From Thermoanaerobaculia bacterium (lineage in GTDB: Bacteria; Acidobacteriota; Thermoanaerobaculia; Multivoradales; Multivoraceae): DNA of 64,000 bases. The notes below the pieces were generated by a model. The model had not been told where the DNA came from and searched no databases. It saw only the letters and a program-made list of their open reading frames with translations. The stretch covers positions 864,001 to 928,000 of the forward strand of contig OY761158.1 in NCBI GenBank assembly GCA_963664405.1, written 5' to 3'. How positions within the stretch are numbered: position 1 is the first letter of the stretch; each line of letters begins with the position of its first letter. The position numbers and the translations under genes are program-made. This document shows positions 30,643 through 41,597 of the stretch, one piece after another.

Positions 30643-32769
30643 GTGAGGAAAGCAGTCACAATCGGTCGAAGCTCGACCACAGCTGCCCTCTTGGTGCTGG
30701 GGTGCAGCAACCTTGAACCCGTCGCGAAGGTCAATGAGACAGCTGCCGGGCAAAACCCGCCACCGCAGGTCGAGCTAGTCACTCAGATCGTACTCGTGCC
30801 GGACGTGACTCTCGACTCTCCCGCTGATTCTGCCGTGGTCAACGACTCTACGGTCTCGTTCACGTGCACCGCGACGGATTCCGCGGGGCTTCAGGACACG
30901 ACCCTCTACCTCAGCAGCAGCTCTACGACGGTCGCCTTCAGCGGACCGACAGAAACCGACGACGCGTACTTCGCCGCCGAGACGCCGGATGCGAACTTCG
31001 GCAGCGACCCAAGCATCAACGACGACAACGCTGCCGCTCACGCGCACGCCGTGATGAAGTTCCCGAACATGATCGGATTGCACCCGGGCCAGGTACCGCC
31101 CGGAGCACGCATCTCGTCGGCGGTGCTGGAGGTGAAATGTGCCAACCGCCGCGCCGACATGGAGATCTACCCATTGACGGAGGACTGGGACGAGGACGAA
31201 GTGACTTGGAACGAGCGTCTGGCCGGGGTGTCGTGGACCTCGCCCGGAGCGGACGGCGCCCACTCTCGGGGCGCGACCTCGTACCCGGCCGATTGCACGT
31301 CGTACGAGGCGCGGTCGATCGACGTCACGGAGATCGTCCAGAGCTGGAGCCTCGGTTCCGCGAGCTACGGCATTCTGTTCATTGACACGGGTGAGGAAAC
31401 CATCGATTTCGACAGCAGCGAGTCGGCGAGCCCTCCCGTTCTGACCGTCACCTTCAGGCCTGACTGGCGACCGATCGACACGAAGAGCATCTCAGGGAAC
31501 AGCGCCACGCTTTCGTTCACCACGACTCTGCCCGATGACCAGGACTATCTGTGGAACTGTCTTGTCACAAACATGCTCGGAGAGCAGTCCTATGCCCGGC
31601 CCGATTCCGTCGTCAACGTCGACAGGAACGCCCCAGACGAGCCCAGCGCGATCGCCCTGGCGGATGGGGCCAGCGGAGTCTTCACGTCCCCCGTCCTGGA
31701 GGTCGACGTCAGGGACCCGAACGGAGACGCGCTCGACGTCACCTTTTTCGGTCGCCCCAAGACCGCCGTGCCAGAGTTTACGATCGTCGTGTTGCCCGAC
31801 ACGCAACACTACGCTGACTCCGCCGCCAACGCAGGGATCTACACCTCGCAAACGCAGTGGATCGTCGACAACGTGTTGACCGAGAATATTGTCTTCGTAA
31901 CGCACGAAGGGGACATCGTCCACAACTGGGATCAGACGATCGAGTGGGAGCGTGCGGACGCGAGCATGACGCTGCTCGACTCAGTCGTCCCCTACGGGAT
32001 GGGGCCGGGGAACCACGAACAGCCGACGACGCTCTACAACGTGTACTTCCCCTATACCCGGTACGAGGCTGAGTCCTGGTATGGCGGGCACTACTCCGAC
32101 AACAACGACAACAACTACCAGCTGTTCTCGGCCGGCGGCATGGATTTCATCATCGTCCACCTCGAGTTCTGCCCTCCCGCCGGAGCGATCACCTGGGCGG
32201 ACTCGGTGTTCAAGGCACATCCGAAGCGCACGGGAATGGTCACCACCCACGGCTACATTGACCTCGACGCCAAACGCCGCGCCGGTGATCTTTGCCCCGA
32301 AACAAGCTACATATGGGATGACCTCGTCGTCCCGAACCCGAACGTCTATTTCGTATTCTGTGGGCACGTCAACGGAGAGTCTCGGCGGACCGATGTCGTC
32401 AACGGGCGCGAGGTCCATCAGTTGCTCGCGGACTACCAGCGCCGCCCCAACGGCGGGGACGGGTGGCTCCGCCTTCTGCGCTTCGTACCCGCGGAGAACA
32501 AGGTCTATGTCGAGACCTACTCGCCGTGGCTCGATCGGTACGAGACCGACGTCAACAGCGAGTTCTCGCTCGACTTCTCCATGCGGGAGTTCTCGAACCT
32601 CGGGACCGCGACCGCAGTGCCGAGCGGTTCGAAAACGTCCGTTTCCTGGCCGGGTCTGGAGGAGCTGGCGGAGCACGAGTGGTACGTCACCGTGACCGAC
32701 ACGACCGGCAAGTCACGTACCGGTCCGCTGTGGAGCTTCACGACCGCATCCCCGCGACTCCCCCCGTGA
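30643..32769 (+). CDS. Secreted metallophosphoesterase with DNRLRE/CBM96-like domain
   Basis: LPDTQHY, HEGDIV, PGNHE, TTH.Y, CGH calcineurin-like motifs; W.E..VTWN. Start codon uncertain. Confidence 0.75.
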   Translation: MRKAVTIGRSSTTAALLVLGCSNLEPVAKVNETAAGQNPPPQVELVTQIVLVPDVTLDSPADSAVVNDSTVSFTCTATDSAGLQDTTLYLSSSSTTVAFSGPTETDDAYFAAETPDANFGSDPSINDDNAAAHAHAVMKFPNMIGLHPGQVPPGARISSAVLEVKCANRRADMEIYPLTEDWDEDEVTWNERLAGVSWTSPGADGAHSRGATSYPADCTSYEARSIDVTEIVQSWSLGSASYGILFIDTGEETIDFDSSESASPPVLTVTFRPDWRPIDTKSISGNSATLSFTTTLPDDQDYLWNCLVTNMLGEQSYARPDSVVNVDRNAPDEPSAIALADGASGVFTSPVLEVDVRDPNGDALDVTFFGRPKTAVPEFTIVVLPDTQHYADSAANAGIYTSQTQWIVDNVLTENIVFVTHEGDIVHNWDQTIEWERADASMTLLDSVVPYGMGPGNHEQPTTLYNVYFPYTRYEAESWYGGHYSDNNDNNYQLFSAGGMDFIIVHLEFCPPAGAITWADSVFKAHPKRTGMVTTHGYIDLDAKRRAGDLCPETSYIWDDLVVPNPNVYFVFCGHVNGESRRTDVVNGREVHQLLADYQRRPNGGDGWLRLLRFVPAENKVYVETYSPWLDRYETDVNSEFSLDFSMREFSNLGTATAVPSGSKTSVSWPGLEELAEHEWYVTVTDTTGKSRTGPLWSFTTASPRLPP

Positions 32770-32838
32770 TCTCCGCAGTCGGCCCCACCGGCATCTCGGG
32801 CGGACGAATCGTGATCTTGAACACGCTGTTCTCTCGTC

Positions 32839-33225
32839 TTGACCAACCCAAAGACCCTGCTCCTCACCATGGCTGCGGCACCGCTGCTCCTCGCAGCGGC
32901 CTCGGCCGCGCAGAGCACCGACTGGCCGAACTTCGGCAACAACCCCAGCAACGCGAAGTACTCGACTCTCGACCAGATCGATGCCCACAACTTCGACCGG
33001 GTAGAGGTGGTCTGGACCTGGGAGTCGGTCGACGGCCAGATTCCGAACCTGCCGGAAGCGATACGCCTGGGGTCGTTCAAGGCGGTTCCCGTGGTGATCG
33101 ACGGGCGCATGTACGTGAGCACGTCCCTCGGTCAGGTGGCGGCGATCGACGCTGTCAGCGGCAAGCCTCTGTGGCACTACGACCCGCAGAGCTGGGAGGC
33201 GGGGCGGCCGGCGAATCCGCGGTAG
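32839..33225 (+). pseudogene. N-terminal fragment of PQQ glucose/quinate-type dehydrogenase
   Basis: Signal peptide, DWPNFG....KYSTLDQI...NF, then premature stop. Confidence 0.75.
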
Positions 33226-33365
33226 TCTCTGTTGGCACGGGACAGTCGCCTCGCTTCGGCCGCTGTACCTATTCCTGGACGGGATCGCCGAGCGGCTGCC
33301 GCCCGGAGCGAAGCGCTGTCTCCCGATCGGCCGCGAAACGGGTCGTCGTCAACAACACGTCAGCG

Positions 33366-34500
33366 TCACCTCGCGACTCGAGGCAGCGCGAAGGCCACGA
33401 TGTAGTCACCCTCGCTGTGCGCGCCGCCCCCGCGGGCCGCGATTGCCACGTACTGACGGCCCCGCGCTTCGTAAGTGATTGGAGTCGCCCTTCCCGGGTG
33501 CAGGGAGAGGCCCCTGCCAGAGCTCCTTGCCCGTCCCGATGTCGAAGGCACGCAACAGGCTGTCCCGAGTTGCCGCGATGAACACCAGCCCACCGGCCGT
33601 GCTGATCGGGCCTCCCAGGCTGATCGCGCCGGCACCCGCGGGCGCCCCGCGCCCCAGGCTTCCCAGCGGCACCTCCCAGACTCTCTCACCCGTCGTCAAG
33701 TCGATGGCGAGCAGTGTACCCTATGGCGGAGGGGTGCAGGGCAGACCCGAGGGGGCCAGCAGCGGGCGGCGTCGCACGGCATAGGGAGTGCCAACCAGCA
33801 CGCTGCGCTCGTAGCGGAGTCCCAAGCGGTCCGAGTCGGCGTCGGCGCTCGCCCAATCGAAGCCCTCGGCCGGGAGCAACTGCACCATTGCCGCATGCCG
33901 ATTGACGGGAAGGACGGTCACTTGGCGGCCGGGATCGAACGCCAACCCGCCCCAATGAGCGCCGCCGATGTTGGAAGGCAACACCAGGGTCCCCCCGGAA
34001 AACGCGCCTTCGGCCCGTTCTCCGGCCCGATCCCGCCCGTCTGCGGGCGACCATCCCCACCTGAGAACTACTCGCCCGCCCGAATACTCGGACGGGCTCC
34101 TAGGCGGAGTGAAGATCCCCTCATTGCGGAGACCCGCGATCTGCGCCCGACAGGCAGCACGGTCTTCTTCGGTCGCCCCCCAGGCGTCCTCCTCCCGCAC
34201 GCGGTGAGGGCTCAGCGGGGCGATGGCCACCGTAAAAGGCTGCGTCGGCCAGGCCTCCTCTCCGGGCACGTCGCTGGTCGGGACGGGACGCTCCTCGACT
34301 GCCAGCACCGGCTCGCCGCTCTCGCGGTGGAGCACGAAAAGGCCCCAGGCGCAGCCCGCCGAAATAGTCCGGCGCGGGGCTCGTGGTGGGGACGAAGATC
34401 AGGCCCCGCTCGGGATCAGCCACCATGGCCGACCAGACGTTGGCGCCCCCGGTCCGAGCCGGGCTGCCCTCGGCCCAGGTGGCGTAGGCGGCGCTACTGG
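33366..34500 (-). pseudogene. Frameshifted PQQ glucose/quinate-type dehydrogenase, central and C-terminal remnants
   Basis: GGANVWS...IFVPTTSPAPDYFGG, EERPVP.SDVPGE.AWPTQP, GGAHWGG, PCTPPP, GGPISTAGGLVFIA, TPITY..GRQYV across several frames. Confidence 0.8.
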
Positions 34501-34701
34501 CGCCGCGCATCAAGCACGCCCAGCGAGGACCGCCAGCCATAGATTGTGTCCACTCTCGCCGCTGGGCCGCGAGGCCGCCAAATGCGCACCTTTCTGAGAC
34601 GCATCCCCATCGCCGCACGCGATCGACGGCAGCCTGCCCGGGGTCTTCGCCTTCTTCGACCGGCACAGGCGAAGGAGCGCCCCGCTATAGTCTCCTCGCC
34701 T

Positions 34702-37392
34702 CTAGAACCGGATCCCGGCCACGAAGCGGTACTCCCTCGTCACCTGGTAGCTCGTCGGAACTGGGGTTATTCGCCCGCTGGAGGTGCTGATCCTGATCGA
34801 CTCCTGCTCGTTGGTGAGGTTCGCGGCCTCGACCCGTAGCGATCCTTCGAGCACGCTGCCGAGGGGGAAGTGCCACCCCAGCGTCATGTTGAGGGACATG
34901 AGGTCGGGCATCTGGTTGGCGTCGCGGGGCTCGGGACGGGTGGTGGAGCGGATGCTGCTCCCGGAAGGATGGCGAAGTGTCGTGCTCTCCGTCCTACCCC
35001 ACCACTCGCCGCTGCGAAACCAGAAGAAACCGCCGAGGTTCAGCGAATGGTTGCCGAGCTGGAAGGTGCGGCTGGCGGAGAGGTTCAGCACGTGCTCGCG
35101 GTCGTCGCCGGTGCGGCCAAAGTAGTTGATCGCGGTCAGCGGGATGCCGCTCACCGGATCGACGACCGTTTTGCCCTCGAGGAAGGGGTTGTCGTCGTCG
35201 TTGCGGCAGCACAGGTTGCCTTCGGAACGGCCCAGGGTGTAGTTCGACCGGACCACCCAGTTGTTGCGAAAGCTCCGGTTGAGCTCGAGCTGCAGCCCCT
35301 GGTACTCGCGCTGGCCCTCCGGGTAGTTGGCGACCAGCCGGAAGACGCTGCCGTCCGGGGCGAATTGGTCGTTCGGCCACATCAGGTCGTCATGGTCCCA
35401 GAAGATGCCCCGGGCCTTGAACGCCCACAGGTCAGAGAACTGCCACTCTACGCCCAGGGTGACCTCGTCCTTGTAGTAGGGATTGATGTCGGTGATCAGG
35501 GTATCGAGCGCCGGTATCTGCGTGCGCCGGAATATGTCGTACAGCCCGGTCGCAGAGTTCCACCCGAACTCGTTGTAGGCGTTGACGCCGTTGGGCTTTC
35601 GTGTGAACTCGTCGTTCACGACCTCCTGCGCGATGTGATGGTAGTAGCGGCCCACCGTCCCTTTGAAGAGGAGCCGTCCGTTGCCGCTGGCGTCGTAGAC
35701 CGCCGCCAGCCGGGGGGCGAGGTCGGTCGAGGAGGCCGCGACGTCCCCGATGTCATTCTTCTGCTCCTGGTCCTCCACCCGCAGACCCACCGTCATCGAC
35801 CAGTGATCGCCCCAGGAGAGACGGTCCTGGACGAAGAGGGCGATGGCGGTTGACTCGGTCTCGATGAGCCCCGCGGACGGCAGGTACACCCGCTTCCGCA
35901 CGGGGACCTCGAACCCCCCAGGTGCGTTGGCGTCGAAGTTCCTGCCCTGGTAGCGGTCGGGCACGTTGTTGAGCGTCTCCCAGTTCACCACCTGCCAGTC
36001 GGCTCCGAACTTGAGCTCGTGCACGCCGGCGAACAGGCTGAAGGCCGAGTTCGCCTGATTACGAGGATAATAGCGCTGACCGGTGCCGAGCGGACTGGCG
36101 ATGGCCAGGCGCCGAAAGCCGGAGTTCAGGTCCCAGTAGGCGCCGACGTTCCCCGCCGTATCATCGGGGCTGGCATTCGGGTCGGCGGTCCTGGTCACGA
36201 GCTGGCTGCGGTCGAAGACGGCCCTGTGTGCGGCGGCGCGGGTCTCGAGGAACATGTTGGAGCTCACGGTCCAGTTCCAGTTCGCCATCGCGAGCTCCTG
36301 GTCGACCTCCTGGTGCGGAACCGAGAAGACATCGAAGCGGTTTGGGTTGGAAAGGCTGCGAAAGGTGTGGGGAGCGTTGATTCCCATGACGTAGAAGCTG
36401 TGACTCGAGCCGGGCTGGAAGTTCAGCTTCGCCAAGGCCACTTCGCCCTGGTTGCTACTGTCCACGGGGGTTTGGTCACCCGTGGCGGCGAGTACGTTTT
36501 CCGTGTCCTCGGAGTAGGAGACGAAGAACCACGCCTTGTCCCGCGCCATCGGTCCCCCGAGGGCGGTCTCGTAGCTGTTCTGGATCTCGTCGTTCCGGGG
36601 GAGCGGCACCGCGTCGTACTCGGCGCGCCACTTCTGGCTCTGGGGGATGTAGCGGAAGTCGCCGTGGAAGCGGTTGGTGCCCGACTTCACCATCGCGTTG
36701 GCGATCCCTCCGGTGACCCTGCCGTACTCTGCGGTATACCCCGAGCCCTCGATCCGCACCTCGGATATGACGGTGGAGGGCAAAAACAGCTGGGAGCTGC
36801 CGCCGAGGCGGGAGAACGAAGTGTCGACGCCGTCGATGAAGCCGCCAAGATCCTGCCAGGATTGGCCGTTCACCCCCGCGCGGTGGTCGTACCAGTACTG
36901 GGATCGGGCGTTTTGATACACCCCCGGCATGGAGGTCAGCACCGACTGCCAGCTGCGCGAAGCGAAGGCGAGGGTTTCGGTGACCTCGGCCGCCATCGAT
37001 GTCGTCGTCGAGACGTCGTACTTGTTGACCAGCGGCACCTCGGAGACGACCTGAATGGTCTCGCCGGCGGTGGCGAGTCGCAGCGTGAGGTCGACGGTGC
37101 GGCGCTGGCCAGTCCCGACCCGCAGCTCGGCCTCGGCCATCCCCAGGCCCTCGAGCTCCGCCGTCACGGTGTACGGCCCGGGTGCGAGAAGACCGAAGCG
37201 GTACTGCCCCTGGGCATCGGTCCTGGTGTCGTGGGAGCCTTGCTCGCTCCCGAGCGTCACGCTGGTGCCGGGGAGCGCCTCCCCGTCCGAGCTGGTGATC
37301 GTTCCCTGGATGGTCCCGGTCAGGGTGCCGTCGGCTAAGAGCGGAGGAGCAAGAAGAATCGAGATTCCGAGAGCTAACATCAATCTGTGCAT
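34702..37392 (-). CDS. TonB-dependent receptor, paralogue of 5804-8494
   Basis: Signal peptide, LPGTSVTL, AEYGRVTGG....VKSGTNRFHG, TREYRFVAGIRF. Confidence 0.88.
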   Translation of the reverse strand: MHRLMLALGISILLAPPLLADGTLTGTIQGTITSSDGEALPGTSVTLGSEQGSHDTRTDAQGQYRFGLLAPGPYTVTAELEGLGMAEAELRVGTGQRRTVDLTLRLATAGETIQVVSEVPLVNKYDVSTTTSMAAEVTETLAFASRSWQSVLTSMPGVYQNARSQYWYDHRAGVNGQSWQDLGGFIDGVDTSFSRLGGSSQLFLPSTVISEVRIEGSGYTAEYGRVTGGIANAMVKSGTNRFHGDFRYIPQSQKWRAEYDAVPLPRNDEIQNSYETALGGPMARDKAWFFVSYSEDTENVLAATGDQTPVDSSNQGEVALAKLNFQPGSSHSFYVMGINAPHTFRSLSNPNRFDVFSVPHQEVDQELAMANWNWTVSSNMFLETRAAAHRAVFDRSQLVTRTADPNASPDDTAGNVGAYWDLNSGFRRLAIASPLGTGQRYYPRNQANSAFSLFAGVHELKFGADWQVVNWETLNNVPDRYQGRNFDANAPGGFEVPVRKRVYLPSAGLIETESTAIALFVQDRLSWGDHWSMTVGLRVEDQEQKNDIGDVAASSTDLAPRLAAVYDASGNGRLLFKGTVGRYYHHIAQEVVNDEFTRKPNGVNAYNEFGWNSATGLYDIFRRTQIPALDTLITDINPYYKDEVTLGVEWQFSDLWAFKARGIFWDHDDLMWPNDQFAPDGSVFRLVANYPEGQREYQGLQLELNRSFRNNWVVRSNYTLGRSEGNLCCRNDDDNPFLEGKTVVDPVSGIPLTAINYFGRTGDDREHVLNLSASRTFQLGNHSLNLGGFFWFRSGEWWGRTESTTLRHPSGSSIRSTTRPEPRDANQMPDLMSLNMTLGWHFPLGSVLEGSLRVEAANLTNEQESIRISTSSGRITPVPTSYQVTREYRFVAGIRF

Positions 37393-37566
37393 AACCTTCT
37401 CCTGGGTTGGACCACTCGAAGGCAACCAGACTGCCATTCGACCCCTCCTCGAGTGGTCACTTTACGACGCAGGATAGCCTATCAGAGAATCCCGTCTCGT
37501 CTATGACGCCGGTCATAGAAAGGCCGAGGACGGGCCGCTCTTTCCCTACCCTGCTCGCTCGCCTTT

Positions 37567-40147
37567 TTGGGTACCGCGAGTGCGCGGACAGGCCGAAGGC
37601 CAAGGCGGCCATGCGAAGGACACCTAGTGCTCGTCGTTATCAGTCTCTATATCGCCAGCGCGATCTCGCAGTTCCTCGAGTGGTGTGAGAGCCGGAAGCT
37701 CGAGCTCCACACGCTCGAGCCCATCATCATCGCCGCCTACATCGAGGAGCTCGGTCAACGGCGATCGCCGACGACTGTGAAGCAAAACCTCGCAGCCATT
37801 CGGATGCTCATGGACTATCTCGTGGTGGGTCAAGTGCTTCCCTTCAATCCGGCCGCCGCGGTGCGTGGGCCGAAGCACGTCGTCAAGGTCGGCAAGACCC
37901 CCGTTCTCTTCGAGGACGATGCACGGAAGCTCTTCGAAGCAATCGACGCGTCGCACGTTGTTGGTCTGCGCGATCGCGCAATGATCGGCGTGATGATTTA
38001 CTCCTTTGCTCGTGTCGGGGCCGTGGTGGCCATGCGCGTGAAGGACTACTACACCCAAGGACACCGAGCCTGGTTCGTGCTCCACGAAAAAGGTGGCCGC
38101 CATCATCGTGTGCCGGCACACCACAAGGCCGTCGAGTATCTCGATGCCTATGTTGAGGCCGCAGGTATCGCGAAGGAAGGTTCCTCGAAGCTCTTCCGTA
38201 CCGCCCGCGGGAAAACGCGAGAGCTGACCGATCGAGGGATGACCCAAAGCGACGCGCTCCGCATGACGAAGCGTCGGGCCAAGCGGAACCTGTCAAGAAC
38301 TTTGAGACACCTTGAGTCATAAATTAGTGAAGGTCCTCTTCGGTCGAGGCCGGCGGATCCTCAGGCCGGTTGATATAAACGGTTCCAGGTAAAGGCGCGA
38401 CGATGGGTCGCCCTCGGAGGAAGCGTTCTGGGTGAGTTTGGAAGGCGCCATCGAGCGCGACTTGCCGTGCGGCAAGGACCTGCTCCGCTCGACCGTGGTG
38501 GACGCCGTGCGGCGTCAGGTGGGCGATCCCACCGTGGCGGTGCTCGGTGTTGTACCAAGGGAAGAAGGTCCTGCAGAAAGCCTGGGCGGCCTCCTGGCTG
38601 GCGAATCGGGAGGGGAAGCTCGGGTGGTACTTGAGGGTCTTGAACTGGGCCTCGGAAAAGGGGTTGTCGTCACAGACCTGGGGCCGGCTGAGCGACTGAG
38701 TGAGTCCCAGATCGGCGAGCAGCTGAGCCGTGCACTTGGCGGTCATCGGGGAGCCCCGATCGCTGTGCAGGGTGAGCACCTCAGGTTTGACGTCGTGCTT
38801 GCAGCAGGTCTCCTCGATGAGGCGACCGGCGAGATTGGCGTTCTCGCGGGGCGCGAGCATCCAGCCGACGACGTAGCGGCTGAAGATGTCGAGCAGGACG
38901 TAGAGGTAGTAGTAGCTCCACTTCTCAGGACCCCGCAATCGGGTGATATCCCAGGACCAGACTTGGTTGGGGGCGGCCGCCACCAGCTCCGGCTTGGTGT
39001 AGTCGGGGTGGCGAAGCTGGTTACGCCGTTCGCGCACCGGCGCTCGCGCAGCGAGGATGCGGTACATGGTCCTCTCCGAGCAGAGGTAGCGTTGCTCGTC
39101 CAGGAGCGTGGCGACGACCTCGGCGGGGGCACGGTCGACAAAGCGAGGCGAGTCCAGGACGCCCAGGACGGCTTGGCGCTCGTCCTCGCTCAGAGCCCGG
39201 GCAGGTGTTGGCCGGGGCTGCGGCCCGGTAGATGGCTTCCGACGACGGTACAGGGTCGCCCGTGCCACGCCGAGAGCGACACAGGACGGCTTGACGCCGA
39301 CCTGCAGCGCCAATTCGGCTGCGGCCATCAGGAGCTCCTCCCGTCCTCGAGGTTGAAGCCCAGCAGCCCGGCAACTTTTCCCTGCACTTCGAGGATCAGC
39401 TCTGCCTTGCGCAGCGCCTCGCGAGTACGGGATAGCTCCTTTTCCAGTTGCTCGACCTTCTTGGCCAGCGGATTGCCGGACTTCGCCTTGCGCCCTCGCC
39501 TTCGGCCCAGCCTTCGCAGAGCGCCGGTCCTGCGTGCCCTGCGCCAGGCCGTCAGGTGGGAGCTGTACAATCCCTCGCGACGCAGGATCGCGCCGATGTC
39601 GCCAGGCGTGGCCACTTCGACTTCCTCGAGGATTCGCAGCTTGTACTCGGCCGTGAAGGTTCGCCGCGTTGGCTTGGCGACCACCTCAGGATCCAACACA
39701 GGGCTCGGCCGCGCCCAGATGGCGCCCGCTGCTGCGTCTCCGTGCTCGCTACGCTCGCCCGTCGGCGCCTCCGCGGACCCCAGCTGGGCGCACGGGGGAA
39801 GCTGGGAAACCTCCTCCTCGCCCCGGACCGCAATGGACGTGCCTGCTGATCTCATCTCTTGCATCTTCCTCTCTTCAGACATCAGGTTTCACCTCTCCGC
39901 CCTACTCTATTTAAGGGGTGGCGAGATGTCTCAAGCATCTTGGCAGAGAGGGAAGAGCGCAGGCTTGCCAACGTCGATCGGCAACCATACCTTTCGGGCG
40001 ACGGGCATTACTGACTATCTCGCCAACGGCGGGACGTTGGAAACCGCCGCCCAGATCGCTGGCCACGCCTCAACGCGAACGACCCAGCTCTACAACCGCA
40101 ATCCCGAACGCATCTCGCTCGCTGAAATCGAGCGCATCCGGATCTGA
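37567..40147 (+). pseudogene. Tyrosine recombinase interrupted by an IS3-family element
   Basis: GLRDRA..YSFARV, LHEKGG, KRRAK | SAGLPTSIGNHTFRATGIT...GHASTRTTQLY; N-terminus looks eroded. Confidence 0.85.
38284..39952 (-). mobile_element. IS3-family element (orfA 39328-39882, orfB 38324-39328)
   Basis: Imperfect IRs TGTCAAGAACTTTGAGACA / TGTCTCAAGCATCTTGGCA; AAG duplication at 38281 and 39953; WSWDIT, HSDRGS, DNPFSEAQFKTLKY. Confidence 0.9.
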
Positions 40148-40155
40148 GAGGACGT

Positions 40156-41222
40156 GTCAGACTACCTCCAGGCCCGCCAACGAAACCCTACCCTTAGCGG
40201 AACTCTCCCTAGGGATTGCTTGACTCTCCTTATAGGAGGCCGAAGCCGGCACCAATAGAGGTGAGGGCGGGACGCCCCCCAGAGGAGCAGTGAAATCGCA
40301 TGACAGACAATCGGCCCGAACAGAGGGAGGGACGACCCTTTCACCACGGCGAGTCCCTACCCACGCAACTGACGGAAGAGACCCGTCGCGAGTTTTTCTG
40401 GAAGCTCTTTCTCGAGGCCGCTGAGCGATGTGTGCCCAAGTTCTTCGAGACATACACAACGGCAGTGATAGATCGAACGGAACCGCATAAGGCCCCGTTC
40501 GATTTTGAGTTTGCCGGGGCGATGTACATAAAAAGCGAGGGTGCCAACACGATAGTCGACCAGAAGGTGGTCGACGAGTACAAGTCTGCCCGGTCCCTTT
40601 CCGCAGAAGGGCTGATCAAGGGATGGCTCACCGAGTGGCGGATACAGCTCCGCCCCGAAGTGGAGGACGAGGTTCTGTCACTCTTCGTGAACCCTATCGT
40701 TCTCCCACCCCGGGTTCAGACGTGGACCGACGTGACACAGGGGTGGACGAACGGCATCTGCAAGAAATATATTGATGACCAAAACGCCATAGTGGGCCAT
40801 ATGTGGTCGAACGGAGACGTGTGGTGGGCCGAAGACGAGAAGCAAGCACCGTTCCGCCCGTACAATCCCCTCAGAGTTACGCGCGAGGACTGGCTGGATC
40901 ATGCACGAAAGTACTGCGACCTCGTTGAGGCTGCCGCCCGCTGGTGGGGCAGTAGCGATACTTCGATGGGCTCTCGCCGAGAGCGTCATCTTGGTGGCGA
41001 TCGGCTGACAGCCGAGCGGGACACAGCATGGTTGGTGCGACGTCTGCTTCTCGGGGAGTCGCCAGATCGGATCGCCAGGGTCTACGACGACGAGCTTGAG
41101 AAGGCGGGGGTGGATGATGACGTTCAGCCGAAGGGCCGTATGGTGACGAAAGCCCTTCGGCGGACGGCCAAAACAATGGGAGTCAGACTTCCTCCGGGCC
41201 CGCCAACGAAACCCTACCCTTA
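40156..41222. repeat. 41-bp direct repeats at 40156-40196 and 41182-41222
   Basis: GTCAGACT(A/T)CCTCC(A/G)GGCCCGCCAACGAAACCCTACCCTTA, 2 mismatches. Confidence 0.85.
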
Positions 41223-41256
41223 CCACTCCTTAGCCCTCCAAAGAGAAGAGGGGTGA
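40300..41256 (+). CDS. Hypothetical protein (318 aa)
   Basis: Long ORF with ATG start; no family recognised. Confidence 0.6.
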   Translation: MTDNRPEQREGRPFHHGESLPTQLTEETRREFFWKLFLEAAERCVPKFFETYTTAVIDRTEPHKAPFDFEFAGAMYIKSEGANTIVDQKVVDEYKSARSLSAEGLIKGWLTEWRIQLRPEVEDEVLSLFVNPIVLPPRVQTWTDVTQGWTNGICKKYIDDQNAIVGHMWSNGDVWWAEDEKQAPFRPYNPLRVTREDWLDHARKYCDLVEAAARWWGSSDTSMGSRRERHLGGDRLTAERDTAWLVRRLLLGESPDRIARVYDDELEKAGVDDDVQPKGRMVTKALRRTAKTMGVRLPPGPPTKPYPYHSLALQREEG

Positions 41257-41539
41257 CGGCCGATGCTAATTGAGATCCTGGGTCTCGCTATCGCTGCCGT
41301 TGGTGCGGCCGCCGCTGTGTATGCCGCATGGCGTACGCGAGACAAGGTGGAACCCACCGAGCATGATCAGAGTACTCAGTAAACAAGGAAACCCCCCGGC
41401 CTGCCTGTATGGACAGAGGGGCTCTCTCTTTGTATTCGTCCGCGATGCCGCGCCAGGAAAAGCCGAGAGTTCCTCTCTGTGACCCTTGAGCTGCGGTAGC
41501 AAGTGTCTCGTCATTCTGGCCGTCCGCCTATCCCCCCAC

Positions 41540-41577
41540 TTGACGAACTCTCGCGACCCGGTAGTATGGAGTCATAC
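41540..41577 (+). promoter_or_regulatory. Putative sigma70 promoter with palindromic operator for the TA operon
   Basis: TTGACG-16 nt-TAGTAT overlapped by GTATG-GAGT-CATAC. Confidence 0.55.
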
Positions 41578-41597
41578 CAGCTAACACAATAGGTTCT

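Noticed and set aside
38432-40147. 571-aa ORF as a novel recombinase fusion
   Set aside because: It is antisense read-through of the IS3 element into the recombinase C-terminus.
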